Source: a virus (Duplodnaviria > Caudoviricetes). From it: a DNA stretch of 64,000 nucleotides. How positions within the stretch are numbered: position 1 is the first letter of the stretch; each line of letters starts with the position of its first letter. The stretch spans positions 6,474 to 70,473 of IMG/VR virus record IMGVR_UViG_3300020345_000381; one strand, given 5' to 3'. This document shows positions 18,804 through 29,503 of the stretch, one piece after another. The notes below the pieces were generated by a model. That model saw only the letters and a program-made list of their open reading frames with translations, had not been told where the DNA came from and ran no database searches. A program made the position numbers and the translations under genes.

Positions 18804-19153
18804 TACTTTAACCCAGTAACTTTATCTATTGTTCCTAAAACATCATGTGCTCCTAACTTTAATCTAAAAGAAAGATCAGCACTCCACTGGTATTTTGTTT
18901 GCCCACCTATTCTTAACACTACAATAGGTAAAGGTTTACCAGCAAAACTTTTTTTAAAACCAGGACCTTGCTCTTCTAATAAAGCGTATTTAACTTTAAT
19001 AATATAGCCGCGGTAATTTTTAGGCATTTTATCAAGAAGCACATTATTATGTTGATTCCATTTGGCATTAATTTGTAATATTTCAACAGGAGGATTTTGT
19101 GCAAAACCCACATAAGCTATTAAAATTAAAACCAGAGTTAATATATATTTCAT
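18803..19153 (-). CDS. exported protein, thioredoxin-like fold without CxxC
   Basis: Signal peptide ending VGFA-Q; EILQINAKWN...PIVVLRIGG pattern. Confidence 0.5.
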   Translation of the reverse strand: MKYILTLVLILIAYVGFAQNPPVEILQINAKWNQHNNVLLDKMPKNYRGYIIKVKYALLEEQGPGFKKSFAGKPLPIVVLRIGGQTKYQWSADLSFRLKLGAHDVLGTIDKVTGLK

Positions 19154-19157
19154 TTTA

Positions 19158-19436
19158 TTATTTTTTGATTATTTCATATAATTTTTCATCGATTTTATCG
19201 AGTTTTTGAGAATTTTCCTCAACTTTTTCTTCCGTATTCATAATAGACTTACGGACTAATTCATCTTTTAAATCATATTCTGTTCTGGAAACCGGTGGTT
19301 CGGGTAAAAGTTTTGCTTCTTCTATATCTTGTTGTAATGCAAACCACATTCCTACCAATGTAAATATTGCTGCTCCAATACCTATAAGTGTTTTTATACT
19401 TACGTTAAACTTTGTGTCTTCACTTAATTCCGCCAT
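19158..19436 (-). CDS. TM plus coiled-coil membrane protein
   Basis: Start moved to MAELSEDTK (19436); one TM followed by a heptad region. Confidence 0.6.
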   Translation of the reverse strand: MAELSEDTKFNVSIKTLIGIGAAIFTLVGMWFALQQDIEEAKLLPEPPVSRTEYDLKDELVRKSIMNTEEKVEENSQKLDKIDEKLYEIIKK

Positions 19437-19443
19437 TTTTATT

Positions 19444-20916
19444 TTAATATGATGATTCGACATAATCCGTAGAAGCTGCAAATAATTCTTTCATGCCTCC
19501 TGGATCGGTTAATGTATCAGTAGAGATTTTAACTGTTGCATAATAGCCTTTAATACCAGTCATTTGATTGCCCCATATAATTTCTCCTGGAGCAGCGGTA
19601 CTGTTATTAATTAAGTTAGCCATATATTTATTTTCTTTTCTATCAAATCCCGCTCTTTGAATAGGAGGAATTAAAGCTGTTGCGTTTTGAGTAGGTGGTG
19701 TTGATGTAAAATTAGCAAAAGTATTTCCTCTATCATCATATGCTCCTTCGTTATAACTTTTAATAGATGCAATAGTATCTTGTGTGTTTGTTACTCCAAA
19801 TCCTTGAAAATCTGTATTTACATAACCTATACCAGTTAAATCAGAAACAAAACTATCTACTTCCCAACCATTACTTCCTTCATAGTTAATTGTTTTAAAT
19901 ACTTTAGAAACACTTACGTCTGGATTAAAAATAAATTCTATAGATGCATCATTATCTACACCATAAAATTGACAACGTGGTTGAGTAGAAATATAATGTT
20001 GATATAAACTAGCAGTGTCATCTGCTCCACCAGTTGAAGGCCCAGTAGTATAAAATTTATTTTTTAAACTTAACATCATACCAGGTTTATAAGTATATAA
20101 ACTAGTCCAACCTTGAATATTCTCGTCAAATGTTAAAGTCTTATAAACAACAGTTGCATCTTGAGGTTGTATAGATAAAACATATTGTTTGTTGTATATA
20201 TCCCAACCACCAGTTAATTTACCATTACCCATTGTTCCAAATTGATCTCTAAAGAAATCAATCATACCATAATTAGATATTTCTGTAAGACCATCTTGAG
20301 ATAATCTCATTACAGCATTTCTATCTTTATCTGTAAAATATTTTCTTCGGCCATATACTGCAAAACTTTCAGGGTTTTTGCTAATACCAAAATTACCTAC
20401 ATAAGCTTGAACTTGACCAATAACATTAGGCCCAGATGTTACCGTTGCATTTCCTTCTGCTGAATAAATAGCATCTTTATCTATTAATGCTCGACTAACT
20501 TTTTTCTCTTGAAATATAATTAAATTAGTATCTTCAGCATAAAGTTTTTGTATACTACCATTTGCTGGATCAACACTTTTAATAATATCTTCTCCAACAG
20601 AAAATACATTTGTATCATTTACACCAGTTCTTGCATTAAATACTCCAGAATAAATCATAGAGTTAATCCTTACAGATGCTTTAGGTTCAGCTTCAACTAA
20701 ATATGCTTTTACTCCTTGGCCTGCGTATGTGTTGTTATAACCACCTCTAATGCGCGCTTCTTCAACAGCCCAGTTATTCATATTTTGTGGTAAAGCTCCA
20801 AGTGTTCTATCTCCTCTAGATCCATTCCACCCTACTGCGGATGGTTGAGTTCCGTCTGTTGCTGTTTTACGTAAAATAAAACTGTTAAAAAACTTTACTT
20901 CAATAGTTGCTGCCAT
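19444..20916 (-). CDS. tail structural protein (nozzle/stabilisation-like)
   Basis: Beta-propeller-like content; follows the 1855-aa tail protein. Confidence 0.55.
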   Translation of the reverse strand: MAATIEVKFFNSFILRKTATDGTQPSAVGWNGSRGDRTLGALPQNMNNWAVEEARIRGGYNNTYAGQGVKAYLVEAEPKASVRINSMIYSGVFNARTGVNDTNVFSVGEDIIKSVDPANGSIQKLYAEDTNLIIFQEKKVSRALIDKDAIYSAEGNATVTSGPNVIGQVQAYVGNFGISKNPESFAVYGRRKYFTDKDRNAVMRLSQDGLTEISNYGMIDFFRDQFGTMGNGKLTGGWDIYNKQYVLSIQPQDATVVYKTLTFDENIQGWTSLYTYKPGMMLSLKNKFYTTGPSTGGADDTASLYQHYISTQPRCQFYGVDNDASIEFIFNPDVSVSKVFKTINYEGSNGWEVDSFVSDLTGIGYVNTDFQGFGVTNTQDTIASIKSYNEGAYDDRGNTFANFTSTPPTQNATALIPPIQRAGFDRKENKYMANLINNSTAAPGEIIWGNQMTGIKGYYATVKISTDTLTDPGGMKELFAASTDYVESSY

Positions 20917-20950
20917 AATTTATAATTGCATATTTATTTAGAATATTACC

Positions 20951-23900
20951 TTAAGGACAAGGGGTTGTTCCATTAATATAAAAATTTCTAGCATACCCAC
21001 CTTCATTAAAAGAGGTTAAAGCACTTGATGCCCCGGTTATAGTCATTTGTACATATGTTCCACTATAACCACCTAACGATACTGTTTCATACACAGCTCT
21101 TGCGCCTGCACTAAAACTCATACTACCTATTTGATCACATACAGTATTACCATAAACAACTAATTTAGCAACTCCTACAAGTAAAGCGTTTCTATCTAAT
21201 GCAGCGTTGTTTGTTAGTTTACCAAATAATGTAGCTAAATTACAAGTGGAATTCATCGTTAAAGCACTTAATGTTTGTACGAATTGTATTTGATTTGCCC
21301 CTAGTCTAACAATCTTCATTGATCCGTATTTATATGAATTAGATGGAACAGGACAAGGGTTTACATTTCCTCCAGTAGCTGGATCTAAATCAGCTACACA
21401 AGGTTCAGCGGTTCTAATAATTTTTTTACCATTTTGATCAAATTGTGCTGTCCATTTCATATCTCTAAAACCAGTACTTTTTCCTACTATTGAACTACCA
21501 TCAAAAACCATAGGATCTGGATAAATTGGAGCACCAGCTCTTGTAGAAGCATATTCATTACCCCATTCTACATTTAAAGTTCCATCTCCAGTAGCTATAC
21601 CTCTATAAGCAAACCATTTATTTGTAGCTCCAGGAGACCAACCAACAGTTAATTCTGGATCCATATAAAATCTAGAAATATATTTAAACGCCCATTCCCT
21701 TGCGTAGACAACTTGATCTGGAAAAGTACCAGAAGCAGCTTCTCTACTATCAGCAGGAACGCTACTAACTCTATATGCAAATGATGCTGGAGGAACTAAA
21801 TCATTACCAGATCCATTATAATAACTTGATGCTAATTGACTAGGATTATAAAAATCACCAAAACTTAAATAAACTCTTTGATACATTTGAGCATTATCAT
21901 AATTAGCATATGCACCTGTAGGACAATTATTTATTCCTAATGTAGGTATTTTAGGATTAGTGGTAGAAACAGAATTAGTAGGTGAAATGTTATTACCATA
22001 AGGATATCTAACTACTAATCTATATTCGCCAAACATATCTTGAGCATCTGTAGGAGCATTACCACTAGGTTCTCTATAAGCTTGATTTCGTCCAATTACA
22101 AATAATTTTCTTCCAATAGAAATCAATTCAGGATCAGTAGTTGATTCTCTTGATTCCATCCAGGATTCAAAACTATCTGTTTTAGCAGGATCACCACTTG
22201 TTCCTTCTTGAGTTATTGCGGAACTTAATTGATCTTTTACTCCAGTGGTATAAAAAGCTGTTGGTTGACTAGTGCCACTATAAACATTACCACCACCAAT
22301 TGTAACAGCACTATCTGAACTAGCCCTGTAATAAGTGTTTGCTTGAGCACCACCAAATTTTATTACATTACCTTCTACATCTTTAGCGTCTTGCCACGTA
22401 GATCCAGCGTCTTGTCTATATTGTAAATATGCTGGCCATATTACTCCTGGTCTATCGTTTGGAGCTTGAGCATAATTTCCTAATTCAAAATCCACTATAA
22501 TATAGGCACTACCTCCAGGTTGTGCTGTTGTTCCTTCGGTTATTCCTTCTGGACTAGCAATAGGTCCAGTGGTTTTACAATCTGTTCTTCCTTCAACTAC
22601 AACTGATCCAAGACCAGAATTAGTTTCTCCCATTGAAATATTCATATTTCTATTAGAGTTTTTCCAACTCCAACCACTACAATTAGATGCAGCTTGTGAT
22701 CCATAACTTGGTAATGAAGTACCTAAATTTAAACTTCCTGAATTTATAGGATTTCTATTTACTGGAGGAATTAAAGATGAATCTACGGGGTTTGAACTAG
22801 GAACAGCCCAATAAAAACCAGAAGATTCCGAAGCCTGATTTACACATTGATTTTTAACACGCCCAAAACTTTCGTTTAATGGAAAAGTGTCATATCCTGT
22901 ATTTCCATCTACCGAAGGTGCGCAAGTTACAATTGGATTTCCTCCAGTTCCACCACTAGATGTAATAGTGGTCTCTGTAGTACCAGCGTCTGTTAAAGAA
23001 ATAGTAAGTGATACAGGTTGATTAAGCTGTGGACAACTTCCATCTGCACAAGGATCAGTTACGACTCCGTTATTATCAATTTCTAATTGAGGAATTCCAT
23101 CTCCTACAGGATCTTGCGATGTAATAGACCATCTAAGATCTTCTGTATTTTTACTATTATCTGTTGTTCCATTAACTCCTGTAAAACTATAAACTGGTGT
23201 TTGTCCTGGTTCTACTACAATACCATCAGTAGGACAATCAATTGTAGGAGGAACATTTAAAAGTTTTTCAAATTTAGTAATAGTTGCTTCTCTTCCACCA
23301 GCATCATTGTTTTTTACTACAAAATTAAATTCAAAAGTATTTTTTGCAATGGAATCATCTCCTTCACCTTCTGGTCCATAATAAAAATAAGTATCAGGTG
23401 CAACAGTAATATTATATAAATCTGGAGAACCAGAATTAGGAGTTCTGGTTAAAATAAATTTATGCGTTACATCTTCTTGTAAAGAATTTTTTACCCAAAA
23501 CCCTCCATTTAAATCTATATCACTATTCATAACTGGAATCATATCACCATTAACAGCAAGAGAATAAGGGAAAAATGGAACTGAAGTATATGTACCGTTT
23601 GAATAAGAAGCTGTCATAGATGCTCCTGGAGTAATATCTTCAGCTAAATTAAAAGTCCAAGTCTCTGGACCACTTCCTCCTGTTGGAGGTAAAGAACCAG
23701 TAGTAAAATCTTTAATAGCGGTTTCACCTTCTTTAATCGCTTCATTTAATTCAGAAATTGTTCCAGATGATGAAGTTTCCCAATATATATCTATTCTAGA
23801 TTCTACAGGGGTTGTTTCATAAACTGATAACCATGTATTAACAGCTGTTGTTTCCGTTGCTGGAGCGATTGTACCAATAGGATTATCTAAATTAGAAATA

Positions 23901-26518
23901 CTTATTCTCCCCATTAAAGGATTAGAAGTAGTTTGATATACAGATCCGTATTTTACGTTAGTTGTATTATCAAATATATCATTTTGATCTGATATAGTTG
24001 AAACAGTATCAGGTATAGCTATTTTAGTAGTAGTATTTACTGGATTAAATTGAAAATTATTTAATGGTTGTGCTACTTGAGGTCTAGCTGGTGGAGGATT
24101 TTCTAAACCAGGAGCAATTCTTCCATATAATTGTACAGAACTTCTAAATTGTTTTTGTTCAGGACCTACTTCTGTTAAATCTCTTGGTACTTTATTTATA
24201 TTATCATTTAAAAGAGTAATAAATGATGTTGTATATTCTGGATCTGGTAATGTAGCTGGAACATTAGGATAAAAGTTCATTATACCAGGTAAATAAACAT
24301 TATAGTATTCTTGTTCTGTTTGCTTGACTACTATTTTATAAGAATACCAACCTAAAGGATTATAATCAGCACTTGTAATATCACCGTTATATAAACTAGG
24401 CCATCCTGTAATCACGTTGTGAGGTATTAATTCCTCAATAGGGGTGTTAAATAACACTTTTATTGAATCACCAGGCCATGTATTTATATCATTATCAGCG
24501 TTTGAAGTCGAAGATACTTCGTTGTATGGAAAATATACTGTATCTCCTAGAAGTGTTAAGTCATCAGCATTAGTTGCTTGTTTACTAACTGAAGATAAAA
24601 TTGTTGTAGAACTTCTACCATATCTATCTGATAATATAACGCCAACCTGATAATTTCTATTTTGCTTTACTGTATGCATAGGATATTCTCTAGATACAGT
24701 TCTTTCAATAGGTCTTTGAACATCTGGATTATCTGCATGTACACTAAAGTTAGTAAACTTATCAGATACCGCTACATTGTAATCAATAGTTTCAGGTGGA
24801 GTATGTTTGTTTTGAAAATTACTATATACTAAACGATTACTAATAATTTCTTGTCCATGTGCTCTAACTGGTGCTTTATCATAAACTCTTACTATTTCAC
24901 TTTCAGGTAAAGTTTTATAAGGTTTACCTCCTTGATAATTATATTCAATTGTAGTATCTGTATCAAATCTTTCATATCCTGTCGTGCCTTCTCTAGGAAT
25001 TACATCAACTACTTGTACAGCTAAAGCGTCTGATTCTTTATATAAAATTTCTATTTCATCTATTTTAAGAGAATTAAAAAGTTGCTTTGCTTGAACACCA
25101 TTGTTATCTTTATCTAAAGGTAAAGGTATTTGAAGATAAATGTTATTAACTTTATTCTCCATAAACCCTACAACTGTACTTCTATATGCGGCCTGTTCAT
25201 CGGTAGTCATACCTGTAGGAGTTGTATTGTTTAAAAAATAACCATCTTGTTTAGGTATAAAAGCAGGTTGAGTAAATGGTGCCATTATAGAATAATTACC
25301 ATCTTCATATTTGAATCGATAACTAAATCTTACAAATTTATCTTCTAAAAAGTCTGGATCTCCATTAAACTTGGGATTATAATTAGGGTTTTCAGTAAGA
25401 CCAGGGAAATCAGCACTATAAGTTGTAGCTGAACCGGGGTTCATAGGTGTACTAGAATCTTCCATGCTAGTAGACCATTGGTCTGTACCTGTTAAAGGAG
25501 AAGAAGTACCTGGTACAACATTTTCATTAAAACATAAAATACTCCCATCCGGAATATCTAAAATAGTAGTTGCTAAAGGGGTACCTGCTGAAAGATTAGT
25601 TTCATTAATTATAGTAGCTAAATTAGTAGAAGTATCAAAAGACGATAAAACAGTATCTGTGGGAAATGCTGCTATTTGAGTACCAGTTGCTGGATCTAAA
25701 GCAGTAACTATAGCACCTACTAGTACTTTAGTATTAGTGGGGCTAAATTCTCTAGCTAAACCTTCTCTGTAATCAGGTAATATTTTTATTGTACTTGATC
25801 CAGTTGAAGTAATTCCATCAGTTATACCAACTCCCCCATTAGGCCATATAGGTACAACATTATTATTCCATGCAAAATAAGGATTATAGTTTTGCCCTTC
25901 TGAATTAGTCGATTGAACATAATATGCTCCATTTCTTCTTCTATATAATTGTATAGGCTGAAAAGGCGCATATGTAGCAACAGAAATTTGATCTTCAGTT
26001 GTATAGTAATTAGGGGTAGTAGCTCTTTCTACATTAATTCTTCTTGGTTGATTTCTATTATCAGTCCAAAATAATATTCCTTCTAATAAATTAACAGATA
26101 ATATAGGATGTGTAGTAGAAAAATTTAAAAAAGGACCTTTAACAAGCTCAGTGGTAATTTTACTTGAAACATTATGAACATAAATATAATTATTAGCGCT
26201 AGGAGAATAATTTAAAGCTTGTAAATTATAACCTTCTAATTTAGTTTCATCATAATCAGTTAAAAATATATAAATATTATTATTAACTTCATCAGTATAT
26301 AAACCGATGGTGGTTAAATTACAATTACAACCGCTTAGTGCTTTTAAATCAACAAGTTCTTGATTACCTAACACATTTTCTAACGCTCCAACGTCGGCAC
26401 CTTCTGATTTACTTACTTGTATATTAATTCCTTCACGATATTCCCCATTAGGTAACAACCTGGCATCCAGGTCTTTATTCATTTTGGATTTAATAAAAGC
26501 GTTTTTAGCTTCTGCCAT
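20951..26518 (-). CDS. large tail nozzle/stabilisation protein
   Basis: N-terminus SKMNKDLDARLLPNGEYR...ENVLGN resembling crAss-like/Bacteroidetes phage tail proteins; variable C-terminal extension. Confidence 0.65.
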   Translation of the reverse strand: MAEAKNAFIKSKMNKDLDARLLPNGEYREGINIQVSKSEGADVGALENVLGNQELVDLKALSGCNCNLTTIGLYTDEVNNNIYIFLTDYDETKLEGYNLQALNYSPSANNYIYVHNVSSKITTELVKGPFLNFSTTHPILSVNLLEGILFWTDNRNQPRRINVERATTPNYYTTEDQISVATYAPFQPIQLYRRRNGAYYVQSTNSEGQNYNPYFAWNNNVVPIWPNGGVGITDGITSTGSSTIKILPDYREGLAREFSPTNTKVLVGAIVTALDPATGTQIAAFPTDTVLSSFDTSTNLATIINETNLSAGTPLATTILDIPDGSILCFNENVVPGTSSPLTGTDQWSTSMEDSSTPMNPGSATTYSADFPGLTENPNYNPKFNGDPDFLEDKFVRFSYRFKYEDGNYSIMAPFTQPAFIPKQDGYFLNNTTPTGMTTDEQAAYRSTVVGFMENKVNNIYLQIPLPLDKDNNGVQAKQLFNSLKIDEIEILYKESDALAVQVVDVIPREGTTGYERFDTDTTIEYNYQGGKPYKTLPESEIVRVYDKAPVRAHGQEIISNRLVYSNFQNKHTPPETIDYNVAVSDKFTNFSVHADNPDVQRPIERTVSREYPMHTVKQNRNYQVGVILSDRYGRSSTTILSSVSKQATNADDLTLLGDTVYFPYNEVSSTSNADNDINTWPGDSIKVLFNTPIEELIPHNVITGWPSLYNGDITSADYNPLGWYSYKIVVKQTEQEYYNVYLPGIMNFYPNVPATLPDPEYTTSFITLLNDNINKVPRDLTEVGPEQKQFRSSVQLYGRIAPGLENPPPARPQVAQPLNNFQFNPVNTTTKIAIPDTVSTISDQNDIFDNTTNVKYGSVYQTTSNPLMGRISISNLDNPIGTIAPATETTAVNTWLSVYETTPVESRIDIYWETSSSGTISELNEAIKEGETAIKDFTTGSLPPTGGSGPETWTFNLAEDITPGASMTASYSNGTYTSVPFFPYSLAVNGDMIPVMNSDIDLNGGFWVKNSLQEDVTHKFILTRTPNSGSPDLYNITVAPDTYFYYGPEGEGDDSIAKNTFEFNFVVKNNDAGGREATITKFEKLLNVPPTIDCPTDGIVVEPGQTPVYSFTGVNGTTDNSKNTEDLRWSITSQDPVGDGIPQLEIDNNGVVTDPCADGSCPQLNQPVSLTISLTDAGTTETTITSSGGTGGNPIVTCAPSVDGNTGYDTFPLNESFGRVKNQCVNQASESSGFYWAVPSSNPVDSSLIPPVNRNPINSGSLNLGTSLPSYGSQAASNCSGWSWKNSNRNMNISMGETNSGLGSVVVEGRTDCKTTGPIASPEGITEGTTAQPGGSAYIIVDFELGNYAQAPNDRPGVIWPAYLQYRQDAGSTWQDAKDVEGNVIKFGGAQANTYYRASSDSAVTIGGGNVYSGTSQPTAFYTTGVKDQLSSAITQEGTSGDPAKTDSFESWMESRESTTDPELISIGRKLFVIGRNQAYREPSGNAPTDAQDMFGEYRLVVRYPYGNNISPTNSVSTTNPKIPTLGINNCPTGAYANYDNAQMYQRVYLSFGDFYNPSQLASSYYNGSGNDLVPPASFAYRVSSVPADSREAASGTFPDQVVYAREWAFKYISRFYMDPELTVGWSPGATNKWFAYRGIATGDGTLNVEWGNEYASTRAGAPIYPDPMVFDGSSIVGKSTGFRDMKWTAQFDQNGKKIIRTAEPCVADLDPATGGNVNPCPVPSNSYKYGSMKIVRLGANQIQFVQTLSALTMNSTCNLATLFGKLTNNAALDRNALLVGVAKLVVYGNTVCDQIGSMSFSAGARAVYETVSLGGYSGTYVQMTITGASSALTSFNEGGYARNFYINGTTPCP

Positions 26519-26522
26519 TTAT

Positions 26523-27746
26523 TTAAAATTTAAGCCATTTAGATTTACCTCTCATAATCTGAACAAACTCATTAGATTTTATATTTGATAACCTTATTTT
26601 TGCGTTTCTTAATTTTGCACTTTTTTCTCTTCTTAAACGTTGAACTATATATTCAGGTTGATTAATTCTACTTGCTAAAATAGCATGACTTAAATAAGCA
26701 TATACAGCTTCTTCTGCTAATTTAGGCACGCGCATATCTTGTTCATATCCAAGTCCATCGGATATGTATTCTAAAACTATAATTTTATCTTTTAAATCAC
26801 TAGAAAAATTAAATGTTCCATTGCGTTCATTTATTGTAAACCAACCGTTTAATTGAGAAACCTCAGGTTGCATACCGTAACGTTGACCATACCCATAAAA
26901 CCAATTACCATACCATCCATATAATCCATCAGCAATTAACCTTCCAGTTATATCATCTCTTATTTCTTGTAATATTTCAGTATTTCTATCATCCCATCTT
27001 TTTTCTGTAATAGATGTTCCTGTTAGGTTTTCTCCTAGATTGTCTTGTGTGGCAATACCTTCTGCATCTTGAATAGGTTTAGTATAAGGATTTTTTGTTA
27101 AAGTAGTAGGATAAATAATGTGAGTTATTCCAACGTCATCTACCCAGGAAACATTAACATAATTAACATAATCTTGAGGTATAGGTACACTTAAATGATA
27201 AGGAATAGTTAATTCTTGTGATTTAATACTTCTTAAAGTATCATAACTAAATTCTTGTAAAGCTCGTTTAGTGTGAAAAATAACATCAGTTCTTTTTACG
27301 CTAGGAATTAATTTACCTTCTCCTACGTAAGCTACTAAAAAGTTATTTACTAAATCTTCTACTTTAATGTAAGAATAACTATTATAATTTTCTTGAGTTA
27401 CTTTACCATAAGCGTCTTTGTTTCCAAACTGCCCTCCAGTTTCAGTTAACAATTGAATAACTACATAAGTACCAGCTGCTTGAGCTGCTAACGTAAATAT
27501 ATTGTTTAATACAGTATAAGTAGTGGTATATTCAGTAAAGGTTCCAGGATTTCCAGTTAAACTTGTATATAATCTAAAATTATTTAAATTATAATCAGGG
27601 GACGCAGGATCATAACTACCAAATGTTATATCTGTATTAAAAGTAGCGGTAAATGCCGTTTGATCTGCTGTAGCAACAAACATTTGAGCTCCTGCATAAT
27701 ATTGCGAATTTGTTTCTTTAATTAATCCTACATCTGGTTTTGCCAT
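26523..27746 (-). CDS. tail ring/adaptor structural protein
   Basis: Position in the head-tail block; LPxDYVNYV-type motif (IPQDYVNYV). Confidence 0.55.
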   Translation of the reverse strand: MAKPDVGLIKETNSQYYAGAQMFVATADQTAFTATFNTDITFGSYDPASPDYNLNNFRLYTSLTGNPGTFTEYTTTYTVLNNIFTLAAQAAGTYVVIQLLTETGGQFGNKDAYGKVTQENYNSYSYIKVEDLVNNFLVAYVGEGKLIPSVKRTDVIFHTKRALQEFSYDTLRSIKSQELTIPYHLSVPIPQDYVNYVNVSWVDDVGITHIIYPTTLTKNPYTKPIQDAEGIATQDNLGENLTGTSITEKRWDDRNTEILQEIRDDITGRLIADGLYGWYGNWFYGYGQRYGMQPEVSQLNGWFTINERNGTFNFSSDLKDKIIVLEYISDGLGYEQDMRVPKLAEEAVYAYLSHAILASRINQPEYIVQRLRREKSAKLRNAKIRLSNIKSNEFVQIMRGKSKWLKF

Positions 27747-27752
27747 CGCTTA

Positions 27753-28529
27753 TTATATTTTTTCGTTTTGTTCGTTCATTGCAACTTGTTGAGTTGCATT
27801 TTCTACTATTAATGGATCTTCTATTATAATACCCGCATATTTTAATATCTGTAATATTACATTAGTCTGTTCTGATAAATGTAATTCAAAGTCCCTTGAT
27901 CCAGTAGGCATAGTATTAGCATTGTATAAACTTGAATTATAAGTATATTGACCTAACGTACCTACATCAAAACCCCAAATAGGGGTTATAGGTTGACGTA
28001 TATAATCTATTTGAACATCACCTTGTGTTGCTATAGTATTAGGTTTAATAAATAATTTATAGTTCTCGTATAAATAAACCGGAAAAATTTTTGAGGGTTT
28101 GGTAAGAGGAGATTTATCTACTTCATAAAATTCTTTTCTATCAATTCTTTGAATTTCAATTTCATTATTGTATAAAACTGTACCTAAGCGGTAGAAAGTT
28201 ACTTCTTCTCCATAAGCATCTAATCCGGGTAAAGTCCAATAAGATAAACTTGAACTAGCTCCAGAAGGAGTGGTAGTAACATAATTTGCGTCACCATAAG
28301 TTTTAAATATAGCTATTTTTTCATCAAGATTTACTACTCTATCTGCATAATCAGTATCAGTTTGAGGAACTCTTAATTGTTGATTTAAATCTTCAAAATA
28401 TTTTTCAAATATTTCTAACTGTACTTGTGCTCCTAGACTATTAAATTCAGTAGGAGTTATATATCCTCTCTGTTCTTTATTAAGTATAAGCAAAACAGTT
28501 TGATATACTGTATTTACGTTTATAGCCAT
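27753..28529 (-). CDS. head-tail adaptor/tail tubular protein
   Basis: NKEQRGYITPTEFN...DYIRQPITPIWGF pattern; follows the capsid genes. Confidence 0.55.
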   Translation of the reverse strand: MAINVNTVYQTVLLILNKEQRGYITPTEFNSLGAQVQLEIFEKYFEDLNQQLRVPQTDTDYADRVVNLDEKIAIFKTYGDANYVTTTPSGASSSLSYWTLPGLDAYGEEVTFYRLGTVLYNNEIEIQRIDRKEFYEVDKSPLTKPSKIFPVYLYENYKLFIKPNTIATQGDVQIDYIRQPITPIWGFDVGTLGQYTYNSSLYNANTMPTGSRDFELHLSEQTNVILQILKYAGIIIEDPLIVENATQQVAMNEQNEKI

Positions 28530-28543
28530 TTATATTGTTTTAT

Positions 28544-28573
28544 TAAAATAAAGGAGGCCCGAGAGCCTCCCTT
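28544..28573 (-). terminator. intrinsic terminator
   Basis: Stem GGAGGC (28553-28558) / GCCTCC (28565-28570), followed by TTTATTTT on the - strand. Confidence 0.75.
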
Positions 28574-28584
28574 ATTAATATAGA

Positions 28585-29409
28585 TTAAGAAAGTTTTTTC
28601 TCTATTGATTTGAAGACTGCTAAGCCTTCATCTGTCTTAAAAAATTGAGCCATTGCTGAATATGGGTGCTCATCAAAAGGCACAGTCATAAGTTTCTTTT
28701 GATTAGATGCCCACATAAAGGTTCTTTGGTCAGAACTTAATTTTATAATTCCAGCTTCTGTAGCTTTTATTGCAAAATTTCGTAATTGTACATTTTCATC
28801 ATTTGCTAAATCTAAGAACAATTTTGCATTCTTTTTAGCAAATACTAATAGATCTCTTTTAATTTCTTTAGAACTCATCTCTGATACCTTAGATCCCATT
28901 TCTACTCTCAATATAGCTTCAGCTTGATCTATATCAATATTTCTAGCCATATTTAACGCATCTATTTCTAATTCTAAATCTATTAATTCATCTTGAGCTT
29001 GCACAACTTCATCTACCTCTCTATATCTTGCTCCTTTTAATGGATGATATAAAGATAATATTTTTTGTAATGCTTCTTTTTCTTTTTTTACTAATAAAGC
29101 ACCGTCTCTAAAAACAATATGTCCTAAAGTAGCTTCTCCTTTTTGTTCATCTTTAAATGGAGAATTTTGATTAGTTGCATATCTAATTTCTCGTTGCTCT
29201 CTAGTTTTAGGATCATACCACAAAAGTGCGTGACGAGTAGTATGCCTAGATGGAATTTTATATGTTAAAGGTGTTTTATCACCTGTTAAAACGTAAGTTC
29301 TATCTTTTACCTCCCAATTATCTTTAAGAGTTATTTTTTCTTTTTTTGGTTGTTCAACCTGTATAGGTTCTTCTAAAACAACCTCTTCATTTTTTATTTT
29401 TTTTGCCAT
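28585..29409 (-). CDS. capsid-associated protein
   Basis: Immediately downstream of the major capsid gene. Confidence 0.5.
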   Translation of the reverse strand: MAKKIKNEEVVLEEPIQVEQPKKEKITLKDNWEVKDRTYVLTGDKTPLTYKIPSRHTTRHALLWYDPKTREQREIRYATNQNSPFKDEQKGEATLGHIVFRDGALLVKKEKEALQKILSLYHPLKGARYREVDEVVQAQDELIDLELEIDALNMARNIDIDQAEAILRVEMGSKVSEMSSKEIKRDLLVFAKKNAKLFLDLANDENVQLRNFAIKATEAGIIKLSSDQRTFMWASNQKKLMTVPFDEHPYSAMAQFFKTDEGLAVFKSIEKKLS

Positions 29410-29433
29410 GATATAATATAATTAAATAGTTAA

Positions 29434-29474
29434 AGTAAAGAATGGGAGCATCCGAAGACGCCCCTATCTTTACT
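29434..29474 (-). terminator. cUUCGg-tetraloop hairpin/terminator after the major capsid gene
   Basis: - strand GGGGCGTC-TTCG-GATGCTCC with outer stem AGTAAAGA/TCTTTACT. Confidence 0.7.
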
Positions 29475-29503
29475 GATATTAAATCCCTTTTGGTTTCACA
29501 GGA

